A stretch of 63,281 nucleotides of DNA, the filler included, from Globobulimina sp. (taxonomy: Eukaryota): the NCBI GenBank assembly GCA_003354225.1. It is 29 parts of 29 records of this genome, joined end to end, with 100 filler letters (N's around TTAATTAATTAA, not from the genome) between each part and the next. Parts side by side here need not be neighbours in the genome. Positions count along the whole stretch, not along the records: positions 48,093 to 50,177 come from PIVH01009127.1; positions 50,278 to 52,361 come from PIVH01009128.1; positions 52,462 to 54,545 come from PIVH01009129.1; positions 54,646 to 56,729 come from PIVH01009130.1; positions 56,830 to 58,913 come from PIVH01009131.1; positions 59,014 to 61,097 come from PIVH01009132.1; positions 61,198 to 63,281 come from PIVH01009133.1; 22 more parts are not named here. One strand, written 5' to 3'. Positions 49,591-61,249 of this stretch are shown here, in pieces; the first letter of the stretch is position 1, and each line of letters starts with the position of its first letter. Below the pieces are notes generated by a model that was not told the DNA's origin, made no database searches, and saw nothing but the letters and a program-made list of their open reading frames with translations. Made by a program: the position numbers and the translations under genes.

Positions 49591-50044
49591 AGCGCAACAG
49601 CAATATCATGACCGTTTTCACAACCTACTCGACGATAATAAAAAAAATGCGTTTACGTTTATCATCCTGCTTGAACAAACCTGGGAAAAGTCCACAACTG
49701 CCGCACGGAGACAAGCCACAAGTGACACGCTCTTGTCCGATCAGTTCGGAGTACCTTTTAATTCGCTCTGATGTCGCATACTGTAAAAGAAGGGACTTGT
49801 TTTTTGTAGGGAGTTTGGTATAAGTCATGAATACTTCATTTGGGATTTGGTATTTTGAGATTCGGATCTCATGACCTATCGCCTATCGGCGCATTAGTCA
49901 ACTCCAGGCCGAAAGGAGTCTCTTCTTATGTCTGATGAAGGGCGGAGTAAGCGGGGGGATTTATCCTTGGACTTTTTATCCAAGCACTCTGGGACTTACT
50001 AGATACCTATAACGGTTGAATTTACAATTACTTGTAGTGAGAAT

Positions 50045-50177
50045 ATGAATAAAATAGAAAAAATTGCTGGAAAATCAATTGGAGTATTTGATTCTGGCCT
50101 GGGTGGTCTAACTGTTGTTAGATCCATAAGGCAGAGGTTGCCAAATGCAAATATTGTTTTTTTAGGTGATATTGCGC
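50045..50177 (+). CDS. murI: Bacterial glutamate racemase, 5' fragment
   Basis: [15 protein letters not shown]...LPN..IVFLGD.A. Confidence 0.93.
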
Positions 50178-50357
50178 NNNNNNNNNNNNNNNNNNNNNNN
50201 NNNNNNNNNNNNNNNNNNNNNTTAATTAATTAANNNNNNNNNNNNNNNNNNNNNNNNNNNNNNNNNNNNNNNNNNNNTTTGCGTCTACCTTACCCCAATA
50301 AAAATCTGACGCTGAAAACCGGATGCTCTTTCTGAATATTTTAAAAGCAGAGGAATA

Positions 50358-51560
50358 ATGAAAAGGGCTGATAAAACGATTGGTGATTTGTTTAAAAAAA
50401 TGGACCAAATAACATCTATTCTAAAACACAAAATCAGGCAAACATACGGAGTATCTCCTGTAGTTAACCATAAATTGATAAATCATAAACGACACTCGCA
50501 AATATTCAAACTAATCAAAAGGAATGTTTTCATGCAAGGTGACTATAAACGCGATATTACTGATTCAAAATGCAAACGAAAACGTGGCAATTTCATCAAA
50601 TTCCTCAACGAAGATGACAATTCATTGTGGCTGGGGATTGAGTTAACTTTGCATAAAGCAGAAAATCCGAAAAAAGTAAGATTTGAAATTGCATGGAAAA
50701 ACTTTATGTTTGAATTTACTTTTTACGATTGGTGTTTATTTCTGATTTTATTTATGAATAAGAATGGTTTAACAAATGGCGAGTTTATATGGATGGTCAC
50801 GCACAAAATCAATAAGATGCCGTACAAACATTATGAGCCAAAGTTGCAGTTAGCATTTGAAACAATAATCCATTGTCATTCCATTCATCCACAAAATTCA
50901 GCAAATTGTTTAGAAATTCGAAGGTTGAGTTTATTAGAGATCACGCAGTCGATAATGATATGGCAATGTTGTTTGATTCCAGTGATTGGGTTTATGATTA
51001 TTTTGAAAATGTTTGTGGAATAACTTTGGAGGACAACAGACAACATCCAGCATATTCATATTATGTCGGGCAACAAAAAAATATTTGGATGCGAGAGTTT
51101 GTACATTTATTTGAAACACAGAGCAAAGGCAGCATATTCGAGTTGTAATTGTTCAATGGATCCGAGAATATCAAAGAGAGTGTTGTTGAAATTCCATTTG
51201 AAATATATTTATCATCGATTGCGGTTAAGTTGGAATAAAGAGGAAGAGGGTCAAAACACATTGTTAGCGTATCAAATGTATGCGAAACAGCTGAAACATA
51301 CAATATTGCCAAAGCGATTAAGGAAATTAAAGAGATTTCGGAAAAAAATGATGAGGAATAGACAACAATGTGATGTTTGTGAAAGAGTGGAATACCATAC
51401 AATTGAGGAAATGCTACAGGGCAATTCACAGAAATTTGTATTTGAATTGAAAATTTGCATTTGTAGAGAATTATTGGTTTGCAGTAAAATGTGCCAAAAA
51501 ATAACTTGGACGCAAAGAGGGCATCGGATAACTTGCACAAAACGTAATATCATTACGTAA
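50358..51560 (+). pseudogene. MYND-type zinc finger protein with frameshifts
   Basis: C-terminal CDVC...KICICRELLVCSKMCQKITW...HRITC; the coding sequence is split over three overlapping frames. Confidence 0.6.
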
Positions 51561-52758
51561 ATGTAAACCGAATTGGTTTTTCAAAAACAAAATCTGAAAC
51601 ATATGCACGTCATCACCATATTATGTGTACTTGTCAATATTTTAGGTGTTTGCTGTGGTTTGCAGTTGCGGACAAATAATAATTTATCTTTAATAAAGCG
51701 TCTATTTTGCACAAAATTGCACATAAAACAAGTACTGTAATTGGTAGGCACCAAATTGTGGGTAAATAATAGACAATTTTTATGTTGTATGTTGTGGTGA
51801 ATAATAAGATATAAATAGAGGAGAATAGACAGGAAATAATGGATAAATTACGCATTAATAGACAGGAAACAATCAAATCGTTTTGGAATTTATTAAATTG
51901 CTAATTTACATTTTTGAAATGTCGACCATGAATTACACCGGAAATGTTGGTGATGCTGCAATAAAACGCATAATCCTATAATAACGGTTGGAATCGCTAG
52001 AATGAGTAACTTTGTTTATTGACTCGACATAAGGGGCTGTAGTTTTTTTTTATTACCAAAATTCTTCAACTTATCTTGGTAAATATGCAGCTGTCATTAT
52101 CTTTCTCCGTCTCCTCGCAAATTAGCACTTTATTCACTTCAAATATTAAAAGTTGGTACCCAGACTCATTCAATTCAATGTTCACTAAATGTATTGTTAT
52201 TATGATTTTAAACATTCTTTCAATGAGTTCCTGCCGTAATATGAGCAGATTAATAGGTTCAGATGATTTATTAAGTCACATCTATCAATGGTTAACATCC
52301 AATGAATTAGTAAACAAATATTTAAATCCTGAAAACATTCGTTTTAGGAAAGTGGCAGAGTNNNNNNNNNNNNNNNNNNNNNNNNNNNNNNNNNNNNNNN
52401 NNNNNTTAATTAATTAANNNNNNNNNNNNNNNNNNNNNNNNNNNNNNNNNNNNNNNNNNNNCAAATCCCAATCATCACATTTTTATATCTTTTTTTTTTA
52501 GTTTTTTTAAAGTAAATTAAGGTTTTGGCCAATCGTGTGTGTGTTTTCGTTTCCATTTTATCTATGTAATAAAATAGAAACGTTTCTATTTTATTTGGTG
52601 TTTCAGCAATAAAGTCAGTTTTATAGTAGTCAAATAAAACTTTTTTATAGGCGTTTTTTGGGATAAATTTTTAATCCAATACAACAAAAATGATATAAAT
52701 AATATGTACATTATACAATGTGCAGATTGCAGAATATATTTACAATTGCAAATTATTG

Positions 52759-54522
52759 TTACTTTTTGATATGAAATGGCTGTGCTACGGGTAACCCCAT
52801 TTGATTGTTATTGTTAATATTGGCAGTTTTGGCACCAACAGCTGGCTTATCCTCATTGCCATGCTTAGGAGCTGCCTTTATATTATTTTGCTGTCCAACT
52901 CCGTGATTATTCCTATTCATATTCTTGTTATTTGCTGGTTGCATATTCATATTTTTATTCCTTCCAAATTGCTGATTATTTTGTCCTTTTTGTCTCATAA
53001 AATTGTTATTCCTCTGTTGTTTCATATTATTATTCATGTTTTTATTCATATTCTTATTATTATTGTTAAATGGAACTGACTTTTGTCTTGGAACGTTGCT
53101 ATTAGTATTTTTATTGTTATTATTCATATTTTTGGTCATATTATTATTCGTATTTTTATTCATTTTATTATTCAAATTATTGGGCTGATTGCTATATCTT
53201 TGTTGCATATTTTTATTATTTTTGTTATTCATATTTTTGGTCATATTATTATTCGTATTTTGATTCAAATTATTATTCATATTTTTGTTGATATTTGTGT
53301 TCCTGTTCGAATTATTCATATTATCATTTTTATTCAAATTTTTATTCATTTTATTATTCAAATTATTGGGTTGACTGTTATTCATTTTTTTGTTCATGTT
53401 ATTATTGGGTTGATTGCTATATCTTTGTTGCATATTATTATTCTTTTTGTTATTATTCGCATTCTTATTCACATTATTCATATTTTTATGTTGCTCTGCA
53501 ACGTTAACGTTGTTATATCTTTGCTGCATATTGTTATTTTTCTTTTTACTGTTATTATTGCTCTGATTAGCATTATTATTTCCAGATCCTTTAAACGGAG
53601 CAGAATGTCGTCCAAACGCACCCTTATTATCCACAACCGGAGCTGGCGCCGATCGTTGTCGTCCAAAGCTATTCCTATTAACCGGTACTGGAGCTGACTG
53701 CTGCCGATCGCGATTATTTTTCATTTGATTAACTCCCACTGATTGCCTCCCAAACTTCTGACCATTACTACCCTGCGACCCTCCCACAGCAAACCATTGA
53801 TGATTTCGTGTTTGCTGCGCATTCAACCTTTGTGTCACTTGCAAACACAACAACTTTGATATTAAATCTTTCAGCAACGGATGACATGAATTAAAATATT
53901 TATCCACAAAGCAAAACCTCCCTCTCTTTATAACCTCCAATAACTTTTGCTGATTACCTGTCTTCTCAAAAAACGGAAATTGCCCGCAAATAAACAAAAA
54001 CATGCACACTCCGAGCGACCACATATCAGCTTTCATGTCATAGTTCATCGCAGATATTACTTCCGGCGCTGCGAAATGTGGCGTACCGCAGGAATCTGTT
54101 AACGGAGTGTTGGTGCAATCAGCAGCCATTCCAAAATCGATAATCTTTAAAATACCATTGTTAATCATTAAATTGTCGGGTTTAATGTCTCTGTGAACGA
54201 TATTGAATTGATGCAAATAGCAGAGTCCAGCCACGATTTGTTTGCTGATATGTTTTGTTTCTGCTTCGCTGAAAGTTTTCTTTTTTTTAAGTTGCTGTGC
54301 TACATCGCCGCCGTTGCAATATTCCAACACCATATATAAACCTAAGGGGCTCTCACAAAAATCATACATTCGAATGACATTTGGGTGGTTGGTAAGTTTG
54401 AATAAAAATAATATTTCTTTCTTGAATGCATTGATATTGGCTGCTGATTTTCGTTTCGTTTCAACGTATTTCAATGCGAAATGTTTTCCAGTTTGATGTT
54501 CTGAGTCGTAGATATTATACAA
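52759..54522 (-). CDS. CAMK-group Ser/Thr protein kinase with an Asn-rich tail, 5'-partial
   Basis: ALK, HRDIKPDN, DFG, CGTPHFAAPE and DMWSLG. Confidence 0.95.
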   Translation of the reverse strand: MYNIYDSEHQTGKHFALKYVETKRKSAANINAFKKEILFLFKLTNHPNVIRMYDFCESPLGLYMVLEYCNGGDVAQQLKKKKTFSEAETKHISKQIVAGLCYLHQFNIVHRDIKPDNLMINNGILKIIDFGMAADCTNTPLTDSCGTPHFAAPEVISAMNYDMKADMWSLGVCMFLFICGQFPFFEKTGNQQKLLEVIKRGRFCFVDKYFNSCHPLLKDLISKLLCLQVTQRLNAQQTRNHQWFAVGGSQGSNGQKFGRQSVGVNQMKNNRDRQQSAPVPVNRNSFGRQRSAPAPVVDNKGAFGRHSAPFKGSGNNNANQSNNNSKKKNNNMQQRYNNVNVAEQHKNMNNVNKNANNNKKNNNMQQRYSNQPNNNMNKKMNNSQPNNLNNKMNKNLNKNDNMNNSNRNTNINKNMNNNLNQNTNNNMTKNMNNKNNKNMQQRYSNQPNNLNNKMNKNTNNNMTKNMNNNNKNTNSNVPRQKSVPFNNNNKNMNKNMNNNMKQQRNNNFMRQKGQNNQQFGRNKNMNMQPANNKNMNRNNHGVGQQNNIKAAPKHGNEDKPAVGAKTANINNNNQMGLPVAQPFHIKK

Positions 54523-55219
54523 AATGAAATTAAAAGTGTTTTTGANNNNNNNNNNNNNNNNNNNNNNNNNNNNNNNNNNNNNNNNNNNNTTAATTAATTA
54601 ANNNNNNNNNNNNNNNNNNNNNNNNNNNNNNNNNNNNNNNNNNNNAAGCGTATATCTAAATAGTAAACTTAGAATATTTCAGGACAAAACCTAGCCTATT
54701 AACACTCGATATTTATACATATTGTCACTAGGTATAGAATATATACCATGAAAACACTAACGCCACTAGTCAACGCAATATATTAAGAGAAAATACACGT
54801 AAGATGCACCTGAAACGAGGTACATAATAATAATGCCAGTATCGAGACGCCAATAACGGGAAATATTATAAAAGGGAAAGTAGACCAGCCTAAACATGTC
54901 GATAGACAAGAAAAGAGTCGCAGATAATGTCCAAAAACGAGATTTTTGAAAACAGGTTATAGATAGAGATTGGGCAAAAACGCAAGGGCGTCAACCTACC
55001 AACATGATGTACATCGCCAGAAACTACATGACGACAACACCGCAATGATATATAGCAGAGGCGATCTGTATATTTTATAGTAAAAACAAACATAACAATG
55101 TAACAAATAACAAATTTTTTATATCAAAATCCCAAAGTCTCAGAAGTGAGACAGAAATCATATGAGCACTCGGGCGACCGGCCGTTTGTTATGTACTAAT
55201 ATTAATATAATAAATTTGT

Positions 55220-55660
55220 TCAATTTTCAAATCTGCTTAAGATGTCGCCTCTATAATTGACTGGTAGGTCCAGAATGTCTTTTAAAAAGGTCATAATGTG
55301 CACAGGCCCTTTACTATCGATATGTAACATATCTGACACGAATTTGTCTTTGTCAGGACCGTTTCCTAACTTGAAACGCTCAGAAATGTCCACATATACA
55401 CAATTGAATTGCTCACAGAGCGATTTTAGGAATGCTCCAGTTGCGATACATAATCATCTGCCCATTTAAAACGTGACAATAAATAACACGATCTGACTGA
55501 CGGACCGACTTTTTGGGAATAAAACTGTCTGTGATGTATATTTTTTGAAAACATTAAATATAATGCGGCGCCGCCCCATTGACAATTGGAGCGTCGTTTC
55601 CATATTATCGGAAAACGATCCTAGACGTGTCTGAACATGTCCTGAAAATGACTGAATCAA
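55220..55660 (-). pseudogene. Possible SGNH/GDSL esterase remnant
   Basis: FLKSLCEQFNCVYVD...FVSDMLHIDSKG resembles the SGNH block V DxxH motif; frameshifted upstream. Confidence 0.35.
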
Positions 55661-56154
55661 GTGGAGAATTCTTCCTCATCGGACGAATATGATGAGCCTT
55701 CTTCAATTTTTTACTATATAAACGATCGGTCACTGACATTTTTTCATTATTTAGAGTTTGTATTAACTTCATTCCAGTGACACCGAAAGTTATACATAAG
55801 TTAAAATTATTAAATTTCTCCTATGTATTTCCGAAATCGTTTTATTTGGTAAGTATATAAATTGAATTGATAATTATCCATTGTTATGTGTTTCTAATCA
55901 GGTGTTCAAGTATCGCTATTTCATTTATGATAATGAAAATACAGTAACTGGTCCTTTGGCGAATACAGACAACAAATATGGTCACTCAAAGCTAAACCAT
56001 TTTGACTGTCAAATTAGCTTAAACATTTAAAATGTTAACCAATATTCTTTTAACGATGACATGAGATGAACTGGTTCTACTAAAAAATATACCTACATAA
56101 TTCAGTATTCTCCTTCTAGGTAACTTGGATTGAAACCTTTTTTTTGGATCTGCA

Positions 56155-56729
56155 ATGGAGCCATCATGTTCAACGGTTGAATTGCAGAGTGAAGGAGCTC
56201 AGCAAGAATGCGGAAATACGAGTTTGCCTGATCAACTGGCAAAACAAATTATTTTAAAGGCAAAGGCAAAGGCAAAAGCCGATTTTATTATGCCTACCAT
56301 CCCCTATGTAGTAGAAAATAATTTCTGTCGTAAATGTAAAAAGACTGTAAAGAATTTGGCAAACCATCTTGGAAACTTCCACAACCATGCTACTACTAGG
56401 TGCGGGTATTGCTGTAAACTTATGACAAGAACTCATTTTAAACGTCATACTAACACAGTTCATAAAGGCAAGAAACCAACTCCTTTTATTGAATATGCTT
56501 TGAAATGCCATTACTGTAACATCCCTTTTCATGATGATCATGGGTCTAGCGACATATATACTGAATATTTCAATGCCCATGTGACCTACTGTTCCAAAAA
56601 CTTATTCAACAAAGAAACATTACAATGCTGTGGACTAGTGTTCAGCAATCATGATAAGCGAAAACTTCATATAGAGACTGTTCATCGACAACCACAATGC
56701 ATTGGCCAAACAGAAATGGCGAGTGAAGC
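56155..56729 (+). CDS. C2H2 zinc-finger protein, 3'-partial
   Basis: Repeated CxxC...HxxxxH units (CRKC..H..H, CGYC..HTNTVH, CCG..HIETVH). Confidence 0.75.
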
Positions 56730-57048
56730 NNNNNNNNNNNNNNNNNNNNNNNNNNNNNNNNNNNNNNNNNNNNTTAATTAATTAANNNNNNNNNNNNNNN
56801 NNNNNNNNNNNNNNNNNNNNNNNNNNNNNATGGATTATTTGTTATGCTGAACAAAAAAAATAATGGTTTTACACTTGTTTAATATATCTCACTAATCTCA
56901 GACAATCAGTACTGACATGTAATTATGAATAATTTCATTAAGTATCATGTTCATAATTCTATGACGAACTAACTACGCTAGGACCGTAGTGGTCGCATGA
57001 CTAAAAGTTACGGTCGCAAGAGTTTTACATCAAAACAACACTTAAGTC

Positions 57049-57936
57049 ATGGCAGCTGAAACAGAATATCCTCAGGAACCATCTCACCCAATGCCAGGAG
57101 ACGAAGATACAGACTCAGAGCCAGAGGAAAACAAAGAAGTGGAAAAATCAGGAAATGGTATCAAGCCAAATTATAAGGCAAAGGAAATGGTCCCAAAGTC
57201 CTTAGGATATCGAACATGTACAATTTTAGCTCATAATAAAATGGTATTACATTCATTAAAACATTTAAGCCGTTCAGTATTTGGTTTATTGATTGGCATA
57301 ACATTTAGAGATAATAATCATACTCGCATTCATGTTATGGATACAATTCCATTACAACATAATTTTTTTAGTGCAATGGTTATTGAAGTTGGTTTCTTAC
57401 AAATTCAAGAATATCTAAAGAAAATATGTAAATCTCGAGATGTGTCTGGTAACAATTTACGTATTTTAGGGGTATATTTTGCTAACGGCCATGTTGATGA
57501 CGCGTCAAAGAGTACATCCGCAATAATCATGGCGTCGCAATTAATCAAAGCATATTCGCGCCAATCCACTTTAATGTGTCAGGTGCAATCGGACCGAATC
57601 GAATCGGCATATAAAGGCAGTGATACCTCGGTTGATTGGTTTATGTTACGTAATAACGGTAATTCTGAAAATAAAAAAGATTGGAAAGGGGTGGATGATA
57701 TATATATTGTTAAAGGAGACAGAATAAATGGCAAAACAGATAAAAATTCATATGGGAATTGGTTAATTAATCTAAAACAATTACAATCGTTGGATGTTAA
57801 AAATAAACAATTTAATGAATTAAATTTAAAACGTTTATTAAAAAATAAAACTGAAGAACCAATATAAGCTTTCGACGATCATTTAGATGATCAATCCAAG
57901 GATTGGAGAAATATTCACTTATTTAACACATTATAA
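57049..57936 (+). CDS. EMC8: ER membrane complex subunit 8/9 (UPF0172, MPN-like) with an in-frame TAA at 57865-57867
   Basis: KMVLHSLKH...VFGLLIG, DTIPLQH and ILGVYFAN; the conserved tail FDDHLDD..KDWRN lies in frame after the TAA. Confidence 0.8.
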
Positions 57937-58180
57937 TAATATAATTTGATTTTAGTTTGACATTTAGAATTTTCCTGTAAATTCTATTCAAAGTACTTAA
58001 AACTCAAAGTGCAAGGAGAATGTCCTGACTTTTTATTCCTTGTCCTAACCGGCGCGCATATTTGTGTGATTATTTCCAAAAAACTTTTTGTCTCACTCTA
58101 CTTCTTGTTTGGTTTTGTTATCATTGTTAAACGAAACCAACCGACTTATTTAACTAAATACAACTAATTAATTACGAATC

Positions 58181-58850
58181 ATGTGTTCACCCTTTGCATG
58201 TTTTAACGCATTGAAAATGACCGATAACAATAGTAACAGTCTTAGTAATAATGTAAAAGATGCCGATGACAATAAATCAATTGAGAAACATATGAGATTA
58301 GCCAGGAAAACTGAACAAAAAACAATCCGGATATTATTATTAGGTCCAGGCAGTTCGGGAAAAACCACCATTTTAAAACAAATTAAAAAAATCCACAGTA
58401 ATGACGAGATAACGGAATTAAAGGACCGTCAAAAGATCACTAAATATATCAAAGACGCAGTTGTCGAATATATGAAGATTTTATGTTTTGAATCTGTTAA
58501 ATTAAATGATAAATATAATACAAATACATTAGTAAACACAGATCATGAATATGTTCGAAAAGAATTATTAGCCATCGAATGGCCGTACAATTTAACCGTT
58601 GATATCGCTGAAAAAATTAAAATGCTATGGACCGATAAAGGAATCAAAGAAACACTGGCTCGAAGACAATATTATCAAATTCATGAAAATGTGGATTACT
58701 TTTTTGATCGAATTAGTGCCATTTCGCAAGATTCGTACGTTCCTTCATTCGATGATTACTTACGATTTCGGCAACGTTCCACTGGTTTCTCTCAGACTAA
58801 AATTAAAATGAATATAGGTAATTTTGGAGAACATACTTTTGAATTTACAG
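58181..58850 (+). CDS. Heterotrimeric G-protein alpha subunit, first exon
   Basis: ILLLGPGSSGKTTILKQIK.IH, IKMLWTDKGI, YFFD..YVPS.DDYLRFRQRSTG; GT donor at 58851, just before the expected DVGGQ. Confidence 0.9.
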
Positions 58851-59013
58851 GTTTCTGCCATTGTTGTATACAGTAGTGTTCCCGATAAGAGGTACGCATA
58901 TTAGTACTCATATNNNNNNNNNNNNNNNNNNNNNNNNNNNNNNNNNNNNNNNNNNNNTTAATTAATTAANNNNNNNNNNNNNNNNNNNNNNNNNNNNNNN
59001 NNNNNNNNNNNNN

Positions 59014-59510
59014 CATTTCATTCTCCTCCGCAAAAGAGATAAGTTTTTTCATTCCTTGTTTCGAGTCGAGACTACATAGCAATGAGCCAATGTACATTTG
59101 ACCTGCCAGACGGAGGCTATTTGTTTGTGTTGAAATAAAGGATAAATTATGTCAGATCCCAAATATAACGCATCCCAATTGGCATTTGGTTTTTTGGCTT
59201 GTTCAATTTCAATAAATTTGCTACAATCAATAATAATTTGTTGCCAGCCATGATTAAATGTCACATCATCTTCAAAAATAAGAACAAAATCATCATTATT
59301 CAATAAACTTTGTTTCATGATCGATAAATGAGACATAAAACAGCCAAATTTGCCTCCATGTTTTGATTTATTTACTCGCCAAAATTCCACTTTCGATGCT
59401 AAACCAACAGAAGCAAATGTTTTCTTTGCTGCATTATATCTGCCCTGTCTTTCAAGCAAATTGATACAATAAATTCCATTCTTACTAAATGTTTTCCAAA
59501 TATCTGCCAT
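59014..59510 (-). CDS. Glycosyltransferase family 25-like, 3'-partial
   Basis: IYCINLLER..R, GCFMSH, LIFEDD, WDALYLG and AHCYVVS. Confidence 0.85.
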
Positions 59511-59828
59511 TTTTAATATCTCTGTCTCTTCTTTTTTTATCACTAATTATGCTAATTTTAGAATAATAATTAATTATAACTCATAATTATAAAATCACAA
59601 ATTTCTCAACGATAAATAACATATTTCTCTGTACAGTACAATCACAACTTAAATTTTCCCAATTCTTTCCACTCATTGATTTTGATGGTAATATATCAAC
59701 CATATATTTATTATTTATATCCTGCACATAGGGGCAGTACTGCTCGACTCGCAATATTACCTATTCAGCGTAGCTAAGAAACTAAAAAACTTTAAGTTAA
59801 AAGTGTAGTTACTTGTTATCAATAGCAG

Positions 59829-61058
59829 ATGAACAAAGTGTTTGCGTGTTTCATACTGTCAGTCATCATATTGAGTTTATTTTTAATATCTAATGGTTTA
59901 TTCATCACATTGCATTGGAATGAAGTCACCATTACAAATAAAAACATACCAATTGCAATGATCCCCAATATTAATACTGTGCCATCTGATTTCTATGGCA
60001 ATGTCACTGTCATTATAACCAGTTGCAGTCGTTGGGACGAACTGTCTCTATCAATTGAATCATTTGAAAAATATAATACTTATTCATATATCAACAATAA
60101 AATAGTAATGGACGATTGCGCCGATACTGTGGGATTGGACAAAATGCATAGAAAATACTATAAAAAATATAGATATAATTTCTATCACACAACGACTCCT
60201 TTGCCATCAAGCAATCATTCCTTTGCCTCACATCCAAAATATTCAAAAACTACTTTCCGGCCAATCGCATCTTTGTATGAAGCTATGACCAAATATACGT
60301 CAAATGGCACTCAGTGGATATTCCAGAGTGAAGATGATTGGCTATTTTATAGATATGGTTTCATAGAATACTCATTTTTAATATATAATCACTCAAAATC
60401 AATATATCCGACAATCCGAACCAATAAAAGCTCAAAACATTACAAACTAAAATACAAACAGATATCTTTCGCCTCCTTAAAAAATACACAATCACATCCA
60501 CCCAAAGTTGATATGCGAGAATTTTGTGGCGGACCATATATTCCACTCAGTTCATTGGGAAAACAGCAAAACAGTTTGTTTTATGCTGTGGTCAATATTA
60601 ACAACACTTTATTTGATTTTTTATCTAAAAACAGATTAAATGAGACAGTGATAAAATATTATATTGCTCAAACAGATGATTGCTATGGACATTACGCGAT
60701 GAGTCCTGGTCTGAAACATAAAAATAGATTGATTCACAACATTGAGATATGTCTGGACAAAGCAAAGGGTGTTGGCAGTTATGAGCGATGTGTTGGCTGT
60801 CAATTTAAGTTCCAATCATATGCCACAGCTTCAATGCGTGATAATGGGTTTGTTGGTCATTTAGGCCATTCTGGCCGACATATATCCATTCAAGATGTCA
60901 CTGGCAAAGCTAATAAAAAACAGACAGAGGTCAATGCTGTCGATGTCAATCAAATTATACCAATGGACAACGGCTGGTTCTTAAACCAAAGTGTCTGCAA
61001 ATATTTTCGTAGAAAAAACGAGAGCGTTTCTCCCATTTCAGCTCAGATTAATATTTGA
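59829..61058 (+). CDS. Type II membrane GT-A (GT2-like) glycosyltransferase
   Basis: N-terminal TM; VIITSCSRWDEL...SFEKYN, WIFQSEDDWLF and VGHLG. Confidence 0.7.
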   Translation: MNKVFACFILSVIILSLFLISNGLFITLHWNEVTITNKNIPIAMIPNINTVPSDFYGNVTVIITSCSRWDELSLSIESFEKYNTYSYINNKIVMDDCADTVGLDKMHRKYYKKYRYNFYHTTTPLPSSNHSFASHPKYSKTTFRPIASLYEAMTKYTSNGTQWIFQSEDDWLFYRYGFIEYSFLIYNHSKSIYPTIRTNKSSKHYKLKYKQISFASLKNTQSHPPKVDMREFCGGPYIPLSSLGKQQNSLFYAVVNINNTLFDFLSKNRLNETVIKYYIAQTDDCYGHYAMSPGLKHKNRLIHNIEICLDKAKGVGSYERCVGCQFKFQSYATASMRDNGFVGHLGHSGRHISIQDVTGKANKKQTEVNAVDVNQIIPMDNGWFLNQSVCKYFRRKNESVSPISAQINI

Positions 61059-61249
61059 AAAGTTGCATTTTAATTTTTGTAAAACTATAACATTTAANNN
61101 NNNNNNNNNNNNNNNNNNNNNNNNNNNNNNNNNNNNNNNNNTTAATTAATTAANNNNNNNNNNNNNNNNNNNNNNNNNNNNNNNNNNNNNNNNNNNNTGA
61201 GTTGCGTCAAAATTTATATGTGTCAAAAAACAACAACATTCCCAATCAT

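Noticed and set aside
49572-49828. Short ORFs after the RNA-like element as an IS110 recombinase
   Set aside because: There is no GIDxH/K DEDD motif and they are far too short.
49900-49945. Hammerhead ribozyme (GAAA and CTGATGA cores)
   Set aside because: There is no room for stem I, and the stem II closing pair mismatches.
52801-53697. Ile/Phe-rich plus-strand ORFs resembling membrane proteins
   Set aside because: Antisense of the Asn-rich kinase tail.
41538-54522. Genome-wide reassignment of TAA/TAG
   Set aside because: Long Gln-containing ORFs have no internal stops, and many genes end in TAA or TAG at the expected place.
2089-61197. Regularly spaced TTAATTAATTAA palindromes, and ORFs containing X runs or ending in LIN
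   Set aside because: These are artificial linkers. Gene neighbourhood across them has no biological meaning.
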